Assembly (NCBI GenBank): GCA_964484255.1
Contig: CAZAEH010000003.1
Location: forward strand, 19,937 to 83,936
Direction: 5' to 3'
Length of the DNA stretch: 64,000 bases
Source: an uncultured Planctomycetia bacterium
GTDB taxonomy: Bacteria > Omnitrophota > Gorgyraeia > Pluralincolimonadales > Pluralincolimonadaceae
Positions 37,855 through 45,998 of the stretch are shown here, one piece after another. Below the pieces are notes generated by a model. The model was given only the letters and a program-made list of their open reading frames with translations, searched no databases and was not told the origin of the DNA. Position 1 is the first letter of the stretch, and the number at the start of each line of letters is the position of its first letter. Position numbers and translations under genes: made by a program.

Positions 37855-39226
37855 TGTTGTAGCTTTCCTTCAGGACTTCGTGATAGTAAAGCCAATCGTC
37901 ACTAACCTTCTTCATAGCGCTATAGAGGTTCCTGTAATCATCATAGATGTCGCATTCGAACTCTATATTACGCCTTCCGCTTAAGAAATTGGCGAACAGC
38001 TTGTAGTTCATCTCTTTACGCAGGAAGTTCTTCTTTTTAAGGGCATAGAAGAGAGAGCCGTTGCCCTCGAAGCAATTCATTATCCTGACCCATTCGCAGG
38101 CTATGAAGATGCAATTCTTATAGCTTCCAAAAAGATCGATAGTATCGCAATCGATAAATACGCACGATTCCAGTTTACTCGAAGGCTTTATCTTCTTGCT
38201 CCTGACGAAATAATTGCCGTATTCATCCGGCTTAGCTATTTGTGCAGTAAGTTTTCTCAAAAGTTCCAGGTAGGTCATTATATTCGACGCCCAGTCTATC
38301 CAGTATCCTTTGGCTACCGCGCCGCCTACGCTTATCTCATATTGCTGCAGGCATTCACGCATGGCCAACTGTATCTTTGAGAGGGCTTTTTTGTTGAGGA
38401 CAAGGGATTCGCAGACAAGTTTATTGAAGCTCCATTCAGTTGCGTTCAAGTGGGTGATGAAGTCCTTGTTCTTTTCCTTTGAACAGAAAAGATCAAGAGC
38501 ATTTTGGAGCTTGTCTATGCCTTCCTTGGTCATAAAAAGCTGGAAAGTATTTGCCAGCGTCATGTTCTTTCCGAATTTGGGTATTAATTTCTCGTCAAAG
38601 GTCTTCTCGTAGAAGCATGAAATGGAGTTGTCCTCTCCGAGTTTTGCCGTTCCCAGGCTTCCCAGAGCCTTGTTTATCTGGACGGGAGTGAAGAGCATGG
38701 AAGCGGTATTTTTGTTAAGGGATTTGAGGAGCCCGCCGATATCTATATCTGAGTAGTCGAAATACTGGTCTATGGGTAATATTACTACCGTATTTTTTAA
38801 AAGCGGGATACTTTTTGCTATGCAGGGAAGAAGCATATCCGGCGCCCTGCCTTCGGGGAATCTTATGCTTGCCTTTGACGGGGTCCCGAACTCATAAGAG
38901 AGGGGGAAGATCCTGGTGGCCAATCCGGCGTCATGTATGTATATAATAGTATCGAAGGAATCGAGCTTTTTCTTTGACAGGAGTTTTTTTATGCGCTCGT
39001 GCGTCCTGAGGTAACCGGTAAGGTTTCCCCTGGTCTGTCCGAGCTCCGCCATGCCTATAAGCTCGACCTCTATTACCTTGTTGTATTTTTCCCTTAGTTT
39101 CTTTTTGAAGAACTGCCTTAGATCAGGCGAGAATTCAAGTTTGTCGTAGGAATTCAATACAAGAAGAACGCGGTCCGCGACCTCGTTCTTGACCTTAAGG
39201 TTTTCACTGCAATTCGTATTAGCCAT
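37847..39226 (-). CDS. hypothetical protein with NDP-sugar pyrophosphorylase-like motif (lower-GC gene)
   Basis: 459 aa, K/N/F/Y-rich, from visibly AT-richer DNA than its neighbours. Contains HDAGLATRIFPLSYEFGTP, resembling the G-x-G-T-R-L-x-P-L-T motif of sugar-1-phosphate nucleotidyltransferases. No convincing RBS at the annotated ATG, so the start is uncertain. Its 3' end overlaps the giant gene's 3' end by 8 nt. Confidence 0.4.
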   Translation of the reverse strand: MANTNCSENLKVKNEVADRVLLVLNSYDKLEFSPDLRQFFKKKLREKYNKVIEVELIGMAELGQTRGNLTGYLRTHERIKKLLSKKKLDSFDTIIYIHDAGLATRIFPLSYEFGTPSKASIRFPEGRAPDMLLPCIAKSIPLLKNTVVILPIDQYFDYSDIDIGGLLKSLNKNTASMLFTPVQINKALGSLGTAKLGEDNSISCFYEKTFDEKLIPKFGKNMTLANTFQLFMTKEGIDKLQNALDLFCSKEKNKDFITHLNATEWSFNKLVCESLVLNKKALSKIQLAMRECLQQYEISVGGAVAKGYWIDWASNIMTYLELLRKLTAQIAKPDEYGNYFVRSKKIKPSSKLESCVFIDCDTIDLFGSYKNCIFIACEWVRIMNCFEGNGSLFYALKKKNFLRKEMNYKLFANFLSGRRNIEFECDIYDDYRNLYSAMKKVSDDWLYYHEVLKESYNTR

Positions 39227-39241
39227 TTAGGAAAATATACT

Positions 39242-39258
39242 CTTTTTTGCCAAAAAAG
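39242..39258. promoter_or_regulatory. 8-bp inverted repeat CTTTTTTG-C-CAAAAAAG in divergent intergenic region
   Basis: Perfect palindrome arms at 39242-39249 and 39251-39258, between the divergently transcribed 459-aa gene and cvpA. Candidate operator. Confidence 0.3.
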
Positions 39259-39277
39259 TCAAGTATTTTACCGTACC

Positions 39278-39306
39278 TTGACAATTCTAACCCTATGTGG
39301 TATACT
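39278..39306 (+). promoter_or_regulatory. sigma70-type promoter TTGACA-17-TATACT upstream of cvpA
   Basis: -35 TTGACA at 39278-39283, 17-nt spacer, -10 TATACT at 39301-39306. Confidence 0.45.
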
Positions 39307-39326
39307 TACTTCCAAATATCAGGAGA

Positions 39327-39851
39327 ATGATCTTGCCGGAAGTCTTCCAGCGTGTCAATTGGGTTGATGTTTTAACCGTAATCCTTTTGTTAAGAACGTG
39401 TTATATCGGCGCCAGGACAGGTCTGTCGGTAGAGATTTTCAGGACAATAGGGGTAATATTGGGATTATATGTTGCCGCCAAGTATTATTCTCCTCTTGGT
39501 AGCAGGATAAATGCCGGGTTCTCCCTTCCGCAAGACCTGGTAGACGGGTTCTCTTTTGTGTTACTGGTGCTGCTTCCCATGCTGAGCCTTAAACTCATTG
39601 CTTTAGGGCTTACAAAGATCGTCAAGCTCTCTTTTGCCGACAAGATAGACAAGTGGGGAGGTTTTTTGGCCGGCCTTTTAAGGGGAGCCTTGCTGTTAAG
39701 CCTTCTCTTCATGTTGTTCAATATTTTAAATGTGGATTACCTGATAAGATCGGTTGATGAACGGTCGCTGTCGGGTCCTTACATCAAGCAGATGGTCCCG
39801 TATGCTTATAAGGTAGTCGAGAAGACCTCCCCGGAAGATAAATTGAAATAA
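39327..39851 (+). CDS. cvpA: CvpA family membrane protein
   Basis: …VNWVDVLTVILLLRTCYIGARTGLSVEIFRTIGVILGLYVA… with 4 TM. Start is ATG 39327 or the in-frame TTG 39333 after an AGGAGA RBS; the track ORF start at 39297 is probably too early. Confidence 0.7.
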   Translation: MILPEVFQRVNWVDVLTVILLLRTCYIGARTGLSVEIFRTIGVILGLYVAAKYYSPLGSRINAGFSLPQDLVDGFSFVLLVLLPMLSLKLIALGLTKIVKLSFADKIDKWGGFLAGLLRGALLLSLLFMLFNILNVDYLIRSVDERSLSGPYIKQMVPYAYKVVEKTSPEDKLK

Positions 39852-39873
39852 TACAAATAGACAGGAGGAAAAA

Positions 39874-40833
39874 TTGAAGCTATCCAGGATTTACCGAAAA
39901 GTGGTAGAGGAAGGAATGGCCGCAGACCCGCGCGGCAGGGAGGCCGTGGCAAAGGTATTGGCCAAGGCAAAGAAGGATCTCGAGGCATTGAAAGAGGCCG
40001 ACAAAAAATACTTTGATAAGGAAAGGCTCGAGAACCCTTATGCGGATACCAGGATACTTTACGGTGATGATTCTACCGAGGTAAAGCGCGCGATCGTCGG
40101 TGTAGATATGGAGGTCGGAGAGATAGTGCTCGCGGACAGGCTCAATGATAAAGGCAGGAAGATAGACCTGGTGATCGCGCATCACCCCGAAGGCCGCGCG
40201 TGGGCGAACTTCTACGAAGTAATGAATATGCAGCCCGATATCTGGGCTAAGTTCGGGGTCCCGATAAACGTGGCCGAAGGCATAATGAGGGATAGGGTAA
40301 AAGAGGTTGAGCGCAGGGTCCTGCCTGCGAACCATACCCGTACCGTTGACGCCGCGAGGCTTCTTGACATTCCCATGATGTGCGCTCATACCCCGGCAGA
40401 TAATCACGTGGTCACGTTCCTCCAAAAGATGATGGATGATAAGAAGCCCGAGACCGTATCGGATGTAATAGATATCCTCAAGGGCATACCGGAATACCAG
40501 CAGGCAATGAAGGTGAACGCAGGACCGCGCGTATTCTTCGGTGATGCCAGGAACAGGGCAGGCAAGGTCTTTGTGGATATGACCGGCGGTACGGAAGGCC
40601 CGACGAACATGTTCGAAAAACTCGAAGCTGCCGGTGTAGGTACTATAATAGCTATGCACCTCGGGGAAGACCACCTCAAGAACGCCCAAAAAGGGCATAT
40701 GAACATAGTGATCGCAGGCCACATTTCGAGCGATAACCTAGGTCTTAACCTGCTATTCGACAAGATAGAGAAGGAAGGCAGGATAGAGTTTATCGGTTGC
40801 TCGGGTTTCGAAAGGATAAGCCGCAGGAAATAA
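39874..40833 (+). CDS. Nif3-family dinuclear metal center protein (YqfO/YbgI-like)
   Basis: TTG start after an AGGAGG RBS. IDLVIAHHPEG and second-half His/Glu ligands are typical of the Nif3 family. Confidence 0.75.
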   Translation: MKLSRIYRKVVEEGMAADPRGREAVAKVLAKAKKDLEALKEADKKYFDKERLENPYADTRILYGDDSTEVKRAIVGVDMEVGEIVLADRLNDKGRKIDLVIAHHPEGRAWANFYEVMNMQPDIWAKFGVPINVAEGIMRDRVKEVERRVLPANHTRTVDAARLLDIPMMCAHTPADNHVVTFLQKMMDDKKPETVSDVIDILKGIPEYQQAMKVNAGPRVFFGDARNRAGKVFVDMTGGTEGPTNMFEKLEAAGVGTIIAMHLGEDHLKNAQKGHMNIVIAGHISSDNLGLNLLFDKIEKEGRIEFIGCSGFERISRRK

Positions 40834-42599
40834 TGGCGTTTTCGGAGCAGCTGTTAGAAGAAGTACAAAGCAAGTCGGATATAGTAGAGGTCGTCGGGAG
40901 CTATATACCTCTAAGGCGTGCCGGCAGGAACTATAAGGCCAATTGCCCGTTCCATAAGGAAAAGACGCCTTCATTTATGGTAAGCCCTTCCAAGCAGATT
41001 TACCATTGCTTCGGATGCGGCGCAGGCGGTAACGTCTTCGGGTTCGTAATGAAAATGGAAAATATAGATTTCCCGGAGGCGGTCAGGATACTGGCGAAGA
41101 GAGCCGGAGTGCCGTTGCCGAGTTTTACGCGCGGCCAGTTTGAAACAAGCAGTTACGCTGTCCAGATATACAGGGCCAACGAATTGGCCGCCGAGTTTTA
41201 CCGTTCCATGCTCTCAAAGACGGAAGCGGGTAAACGTGCCGGGGCATACCTTAAAAGCCGGGGCGTGAACGATAAGACTGCCGAAAAAACGGGTCTCGGG
41301 TTTGCGCCGGATGGCTGGAGCGAGCTGATAAATTACGCCAAGGCTAAAGGTGTAGGTGCAGACCTGCTGGAACGGGCCGGGTTGGTCCTGCCGGGCGAAA
41401 AAGGCGGTCACTACGACAGGTTCAGGAACAAGATCATATTCCCGATCTTCGACATAAAGGGCAAGGTAGTTGCTTTCGGTGCAAGGGTGCTGGATAACTC
41501 TTTACCCAAGTACATAAATTCCCCTGAAACGGAAGTATATGTAAAGAGCAGGCATCTTTACGGGTTTAATTTTTCGGTGCAGGCTGTAAGGGAAAAGGAC
41601 CTTTGCATCATAGTAGAGGGATACCTCGATTTTCTCATCCCTTATCAGGAAGGCCTGTTCAATATTGCAGCTTCCCTCGGTACAAGCTTGACGGATTCGC
41701 AGGCCAGGCTGATAAGAAGGTATACCAAGAACGTAGTGATGCTTTACGACGGAGATGCCGCCGGGGAATCGGCTTCCTTGCGGGGGCTCGACATATTCCT
41801 GCAGGAAGGCATGTCGGTTAGGGTTGCGGTCCTGCCGAAAGGCTTTGACCCGGATTCATTCGTGCGCAGCAAGGGTGTCGCGGCGCTGGAATCGCTGGTT
41901 AATTCCGCATCGGACCTTTTTGAGTATAAACTGGGAGTACTGGAATCCAGGCATGACAGCCGCAGTTCTACGGGAAAAGCAAAGATATGTTCGGAGATGC
42001 TGCCGACCATAGCTAAAGTTACCGATGCCGTTCTTAAGTTCGAATATATAAAGCATTTGTCGGAAAAGCTGCATATAAGGGAAGAGGCGTTGCTGTCGGA
42101 GATCAAGAAGGTCAAGCCTGACCGCGGGTATGAGTTTTCGGAAGAGGTCGTATCTGACGAGAAGCAGCAGGCGGCCATGGCCGAGAAGATAATAATAGGG
42201 CTTATGCTCGACGACAATGAGTTCGTTGAGCAGGTCAAAGGCAGTTTAAAGCCGTCGGATTTTGAGGATGCATCCGCCAGGAAAGTGGCGGAAGAGATAT
42301 TTGCACTGGCGAACGGAAAGTCAGCCGGCCCTTCGCAGTTGATAAACAGGCTTTCCGAGCCGGAGCTTACCAGGCTTATAGCGGAATCCACGAGTATAGT
42401 GGATGACATAAAGGATAAACAGAAGAACCTCGAGGATTGCATAAGATGGATAAAGTACAAGCACGCGGAATCGAGGCTCTCCGAATTGCAAAACCTTATC
42501 AAAGCTGCCCAGATGATGGGAGACGAGGGCAAGGTCAGCCAGCTTGTGGCCGAATATAGCGGGTTGGTTAAATGCCGGAAAGAGTTTGTAAGGAGATGA
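40833..42599 (+). CDS. dnaG: DNA primase
   Basis: CHC2 zinc finger ([36 protein letters not shown]), TOPRIM motifs ([15 protein letters not shown]). Start at the ATG at 40833 in a TAATG overlap with the Nif3 gene. Confidence 0.85.
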   Translation: MAFSEQLLEEVQSKSDIVEVVGSYIPLRRAGRNYKANCPFHKEKTPSFMVSPSKQIYHCFGCGAGGNVFGFVMKMENIDFPEAVRILAKRAGVPLPSFTRGQFETSSYAVQIYRANELAAEFYRSMLSKTEAGKRAGAYLKSRGVNDKTAEKTGLGFAPDGWSELINYAKAKGVGADLLERAGLVLPGEKGGHYDRFRNKIIFPIFDIKGKVVAFGARVLDNSLPKYINSPETEVYVKSRHLYGFNFSVQAVREKDLCIIVEGYLDFLIPYQEGLFNIAASLGTSLTDSQARLIRRYTKNVVMLYDGDAAGESASLRGLDIFLQEGMSVRVAVLPKGFDPDSFVRSKGVAALESLVNSASDLFEYKLGVLESRHDSRSSTGKAKICSEMLPTIAKVTDAVLKFEYIKHLSEKLHIREEALLSEIKKVKPDRGYEFSEEVVSDEKQQAAMAEKIIIGLMLDDNEFVEQVKGSLKPSDFEDASARKVAEEIFALANGKSAGPSQLINRLSEPELTRLIAESTSIVDDIKDKQKNLEDCIRWIKYKHAESRLSELQNLIKAAQMMGDEGKVSQLVAEYSGLVKCRKEFVRR

Positions 42600-44197
42600 C
42601 TGTGAAGAAGACCGATATAAGGAAAAAGATAAAAGGCCTTGAGAAGCTTATAGCTCTCGGGAAAGAGAAGGGGCACCTGACCTTTGAAGAGGTGAACAAC
42701 CTGTTGCCCGAGGAAGTCACTTCTTCGGAGGATATCGATGAGATCTTCGCCATTCTCGATAAAGAGAAGATAGAGATAGTCGATCCCGAAGAAGAGAAGG
42801 ACCTCAAGGAAGAAGCTCTTGAGGAAGAGAAAGAGGAAGTCCATAAGCACGAGGCCGAAGCCGAAGAGATGCCTCGTATGGCGGTCATGGAAGATCCCGT
42901 CCGTATGTACCTGAAACAGATGGGGCAGATATCCCTTCTTACTCGCGAACAGGAACTTGAACTGGCGAAGAAAATAAAAGAAGCCGAATTGAGGTTCCGG
43001 GAGTCGGTATTCGAATGCAAGTTCTGCAGGAAAGAGATACTTGCGCTTGTCAATGATATCCTTGCCAGGCAGGTGAATATCGACGAAGTGATCGATATCG
43101 ACCCTACCGATAAGATAGAGAAGGTCATAAGGAAGATACAGAGGCTTACCAAGCGGCTTCGCGGGGCCAAGAGGACCACCAACCTTGTCCCGCTCCTGAT
43201 GGATTTCAGGTTCTCGACCTCAGTGGTCGAGGATATCTCCAATATGATGAAGCGCCTGGTCATGGAGCTGGAGAGGATTGACAGGGACACAACGAGGCTG
43301 CGGGGCAGGACCACCAAGGCCGTAAGAGCGCAGGTCAAGCAGCTCAAAGAAAGGAGACGCAGGGTCCTAGCGGATTTTGGCGAGCCCCTTCTCAGGGTAA
43401 AGGACCGTTTGGCCTATGTCAGGAGAAGGGAGAGGCAATTCGAGAGCGCGCAGAAGAAACTTGTGGAAGCCAACCTGAGGCTCGTTGTTTCTATCGCAAA
43501 GAAATACACGAACAGGGGCCTGTCATTCCTTGACCTGATACAGGAAGGTAATATAGGTCTCATGCGTGCCGTTGACAAATTTGAATACGAGAGGGGATAT
43601 AAATTTTCCACTTACGCGACCTGGTGGATCCGCCAGGCCATTACACGCGCCATCGCCGACCAGGCGAGGACCATAAGGATACCCGTCCACATGACGGAGA
43701 CCATAAATAAGCTTATCAGGGTATCCCGGAACCTTGTACAGGAGACGGGCAGGGAGCCTTTGCCGGAGGAGATAGCGCACGAGATGAGGATGGCTACCGA
43801 AAAGGTCCGCGGCATCCTCAAAATAGCGCAGGAACCTATATCGCTCCAGACCCCGGTAGGCGATGAAGGCGACACCCATTTTGGGGACTTTATAGAGGAC
43901 AAGCGAGCCATATCGCCCGCGAACGCGACCGCTTATTCGATGCTCAAGGAGCAGCTCGAAGATGTCCTTACGACACTTACCGAACGCGAGAAAAAGGTCC
44001 TTAAGCTGCGTTTCGGCATAGGCGACGGCTGTCCCAGGACGCTCGAGGAAGTCGGCTCGATATTCAATGTTACCAGGGAGAGGGTAAGACAGATAGAGGC
44101 CAAGGCTTTGCGCAAACTCCGTCATCCCATACGTTCCAAGAAGCTCAAGACCTTCCTTGAGATGGGATTGGGTCTTGGGGAAGAGAACGTATCTTAA
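42596..44197 (+). CDS. rpoD: RNA polymerase sigma factor RpoD (sigma-70)
   Basis: Regions 1.2-4.2 recognisable ([54 protein letters not shown]; region 4 [14 protein letters not shown]…TLEEVG…[10 protein letters not shown]). Start is ATG 42596 or GTG 42602; the track start at 42572 is also possible. Confidence 0.9.
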   Translation: MTVKKTDIRKKIKGLEKLIALGKEKGHLTFEEVNNLLPEEVTSSEDIDEIFAILDKEKIEIVDPEEEKDLKEEALEEEKEEVHKHEAEAEEMPRMAVMEDPVRMYLKQMGQISLLTREQELELAKKIKEAELRFRESVFECKFCRKEILALVNDILARQVNIDEVIDIDPTDKIEKVIRKIQRLTKRLRGAKRTTNLVPLLMDFRFSTSVVEDISNMMKRLVMELERIDRDTTRLRGRTTKAVRAQVKQLKERRRRVLADFGEPLLRVKDRLAYVRRRERQFESAQKKLVEANLRLVVSIAKKYTNRGLSFLDLIQEGNIGLMRAVDKFEYERGYKFSTYATWWIRQAITRAIADQARTIRIPVHMTETINKLIRVSRNLVQETGREPLPEEIAHEMRMATEKVRGILKIAQEPISLQTPVGDEGDTHFGDFIEDKRAISPANATAYSMLKEQLEDVLTTLTEREKKVLKLRFGIGDGCPRTLEEVGSIFNVTRERVRQIEAKALRKLRHPIRSKKLKTFLEMGLGLGEENVS

Positions 44198-44219
44198 TGT
44201 CGCCGCAGTAATTTTTGGC

Positions 44220-44248
44220 TTGATAAAAATACCTCAAAATAGTATCAT
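44220..44248 (+). promoter_or_regulatory. sigma70-type promoter TTGATA-17-TATCAT for the tRNA pair
   Basis: -35 at 44220-44225, 17-nt spacer, -10 at 44243-44248, about 16 nt upstream of the tRNA 5' end. Confidence 0.4.
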
Positions 44249-44264
44249 ATCTAATACTTTTCAT

Positions 44265-44341
44265 GGGCCCATAGCTCAGTTGGTTAGAGCAGCTGACTCA
44301 TAATCAGCGGGTCATAGGTTCAAGTCCTATTGGGCCCACCA
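44265..44341 (+). tRNA. tRNA-Met (anticodon CAT; elongator-type, could alternatively be tRNA-Ile2 if lysidinylated)
   Basis: Cloverleaf: acceptor GGGCCCA/TGGGCCC, D-arm AGCTCAGTTGGTTAGAGC, anticodon stem GCTGA/TCAGC with loop CTCATAA, T-arm GGTTCAAGTCC, encoded CCA. Fully paired 1:72, so not an initiator. Confidence 0.85.
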
Positions 44342-44347
44342 TTTTTT

Positions 44348-44424
44348 GGGCGATTGGCTCAGTTGGTTAGAGCGCCACATTCACATTGTGGAGGTCAAAG
44401 GTTCGAATCCTTTATCGCCCACCA
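44348..44424 (+). tRNA. tRNA-Val (anticodon CAC)
   Basis: Acceptor GGGCGAT/ATCGCCC, D-arm GGCTCAGTTGGTTAGAGC, anticodon stem CCACA/TGTGG with loop TTCACAT, T-arm GGTTCGAATCC, encoded CCA. Confidence 0.8.
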
Positions 44425-44447
44425 TTTCACACCCCTGGGAGCGCCAA

Positions 44448-45179
44448 ATGCAAAAGATAAATGCAGAAGAGCAGATAAACCGGCTCATCGATCTTCAATC
44501 CGTGGACAGCGATATCTTCCGCCTTAAAAGAGAACGGGAATCAAAACCGAAGCTCATCGAAGACTTGGAGATCAGGAGGGACGAAGAGCAGGCGGCCGTT
44601 AAGGCTATCGAGGAGAAGGCCAGGGCAAATCAGGTAAAACGCAAACAGCGTGAACTGGATCTTCAGGCGAAAGAAGAAAACATCAAGAAGCTTCAGGCCC
44701 AACTCTATCAGCTCAAGACTAACAAGGAATACCAATCGATGCAGCAGGAGATAGAAGGGCAGAAGGCCGATAAATCCAGGATAGAGGATGACATACTTGT
44801 CCTCATGGAAGAATCGGAGTTCCTTTCAAAAGAGATGGAGAAAGAGAAAAGCCTTTTTACCGAGGCAGACAAGCGCCTTGGCGATGACAGGAAAAAAATC
44901 GAATCGGAGATAGCCTCCCTCGATAATGAAATAGCGGCGCTTAGTTCCAAACGCGGGGAATTAGCCGCCCTCGTGGATCATAAGGTCCTCGGGCATTATG
45001 ACAAAGTCCTTTCGGGCAGGGACGGTTTAGCGATAGTTCCCGTGAAGAACAAGGCCTGCCAGGGCTGCTTCATGAACCTTCCCCCTCAGGTCATAAACGA
45101 GATAAAGATGGGTGATAAAATAATCACTTGCGAAAGCTGCGCCCGTATATTATATATTGAAAAAGAAATAGATGCCTAA
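44448..45179 (+). CDS. COG1579/DUF164 zinc-ribbon coiled-coil protein
   Basis: Long heptad-rich region, then a C-terminal C4 zinc ribbon (CQGCFMNLPPQ…ITCESCARILY). Start is the ATG at 44448 after a GGGAG RBS. The track ORF's first 34 codons overlap tRNA-Val and are rejected. Confidence 0.7.
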   Translation: MQKINAEEQINRLIDLQSVDSDIFRLKRERESKPKLIEDLEIRRDEEQAAVKAIEEKARANQVKRKQRELDLQAKEENIKKLQAQLYQLKTNKEYQSMQQEIEGQKADKSRIEDDILVLMEESEFLSKEMEKEKSLFTEADKRLGDDRKKIESEIASLDNEIAALSSKRGELAALVDHKVLGHYDKVLSGRDGLAIVPVKNKACQGCFMNLPPQVINEIKMGDKIITCESCARILYIEKEIDA

Positions 45180-45585
45180 ACGTCTCGTTATCTATACGGA
45201 CGGCGGTTCACGCGGGAATCCCGGGCCGTCAGGCATAGGTGTTGTAGTCTGCGATGAGAGCGGAGAAACGGTAAGGAACGTTTCCAAATACATAGGAGAG
45301 ACCACAAATAACGTAGCCGAATATACGGCGCTCATTTACGGCCTGCAGGAGGCCTTGATTTTAAGGGCCGATGAAGTTATAATCAATTGTGATTCCGAAC
45401 TGATGGTGAAACAGGTAAAGAAGGAATACAGGGTCAAAGACAAGGGCCTGAAACCGCTTAGCGGGCAGGTTGAACATCTCTTGTCGGGTTTCAGCAAGTA
45501 CGAGATAAACCACATAGACCGTTCGCTCAATAAAGGCGCGGACAGGTTGGCCGATAGGGCCGTGGGTGAGGAATCGCTCTTTTAG
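45172..45585 (+). CDS. rnhA: ribonuclease HI-type RNase H
   Basis: RLVIYTDGGSRGNPGPSGIGVVV…NNVAEYTALIYGLQEA…INCDSELMVKQ, the DEDD RNase H fold. Overlaps the preceding gene by 8 nt. Confidence 0.8.
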   Translation: MPKRLVIYTDGGSRGNPGPSGIGVVVCDESGETVRNVSKYIGETTNNVAEYTALIYGLQEALILRADEVIINCDSELMVKQVKKEYRVKDKGLKPLSGQVEHLLSGFSKYEINHIDRSLNKGADRLADRAVGEESLF

Positions 45586-45594
45586 AATAAGGAT

Positions 45595-45973
45595 TTGGGC
45601 AAGCCGGACGGTCGCTTTAGGCGTTTAGCTGAAGAGAGGAAAGTCCGAGCTCCATAGGACAGCGTAGCGGGTAACACCCGTCCCCCTGCCGGTTCGTTTT
45701 GCGAACCAATACTCAGGGGAGGATCAGAGCCACAGTGACGAACAATCCCACGCGGGAGGCCAGACGGCCTTAACGCCGGGAAGAAGTGAAACGCGGCAAT
45801 CTCTACGCGGAGCAAGGCCAAATAGGCGCATCATTCGGGGTTGTCCGCCCCGGGCCTTTAAGGTCGGATGCGCGGGTTGGCTGCTTGAGCCCCGGAGCAA
45901 TCCGGGGACCAGATGGATGACCGCCATGGTCCTTAACTGGGCCACACAGAACTCGGCTTACAGGCTTGCCCAA
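45595..45973 (+). ncRNA. rnpB: RNase P RNA, bacterial type A
   Basis: P1 pairing GGGCAAGCC (45597-45605) with GGCTTGCCC (45963-45971). Universally conserved P4 strands …AGAGGAAAGTCCGAGCTCC… and …ACAGAACTCGGCTTA… GNRA/P-loops typical of type A. Confidence 0.85.
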
Positions 45974-45998
45974 TTAAATTTCAGGAGTGTGAGCTGGT

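Noticed and set aside
39880-40722. 280-aa minus-strand ORF antisense to the Nif3-family gene
   Set aside because: Shadow ORF. The + strand product has the Nif3 HHP motif and conserved gene context.
41744-43347. Two long minus-strand ORFs (368 and 259 aa) antisense to dnaG and rpoD
   Set aside because: Low-complexity Ser/Leu/Phe-rich translations opposite two of the most confidently identified genes in the window.
44346-44447. N-terminal 34 codons of the track ORF 44346..45179
   Set aside because: They coincide exactly with tRNA-Val (44348-44424). The coding sequence was trimmed to the ATG at 44448, which has a GGGAG RBS.
45582-45945. Two small minus-strand ORFs (79 and 73 aa) inside the rnpB region
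   Set aside because: The region is fully explained by the RNase P RNA (conserved P1/P4 elements). The ORFs are Arg/Pro-rich antisense artefacts.
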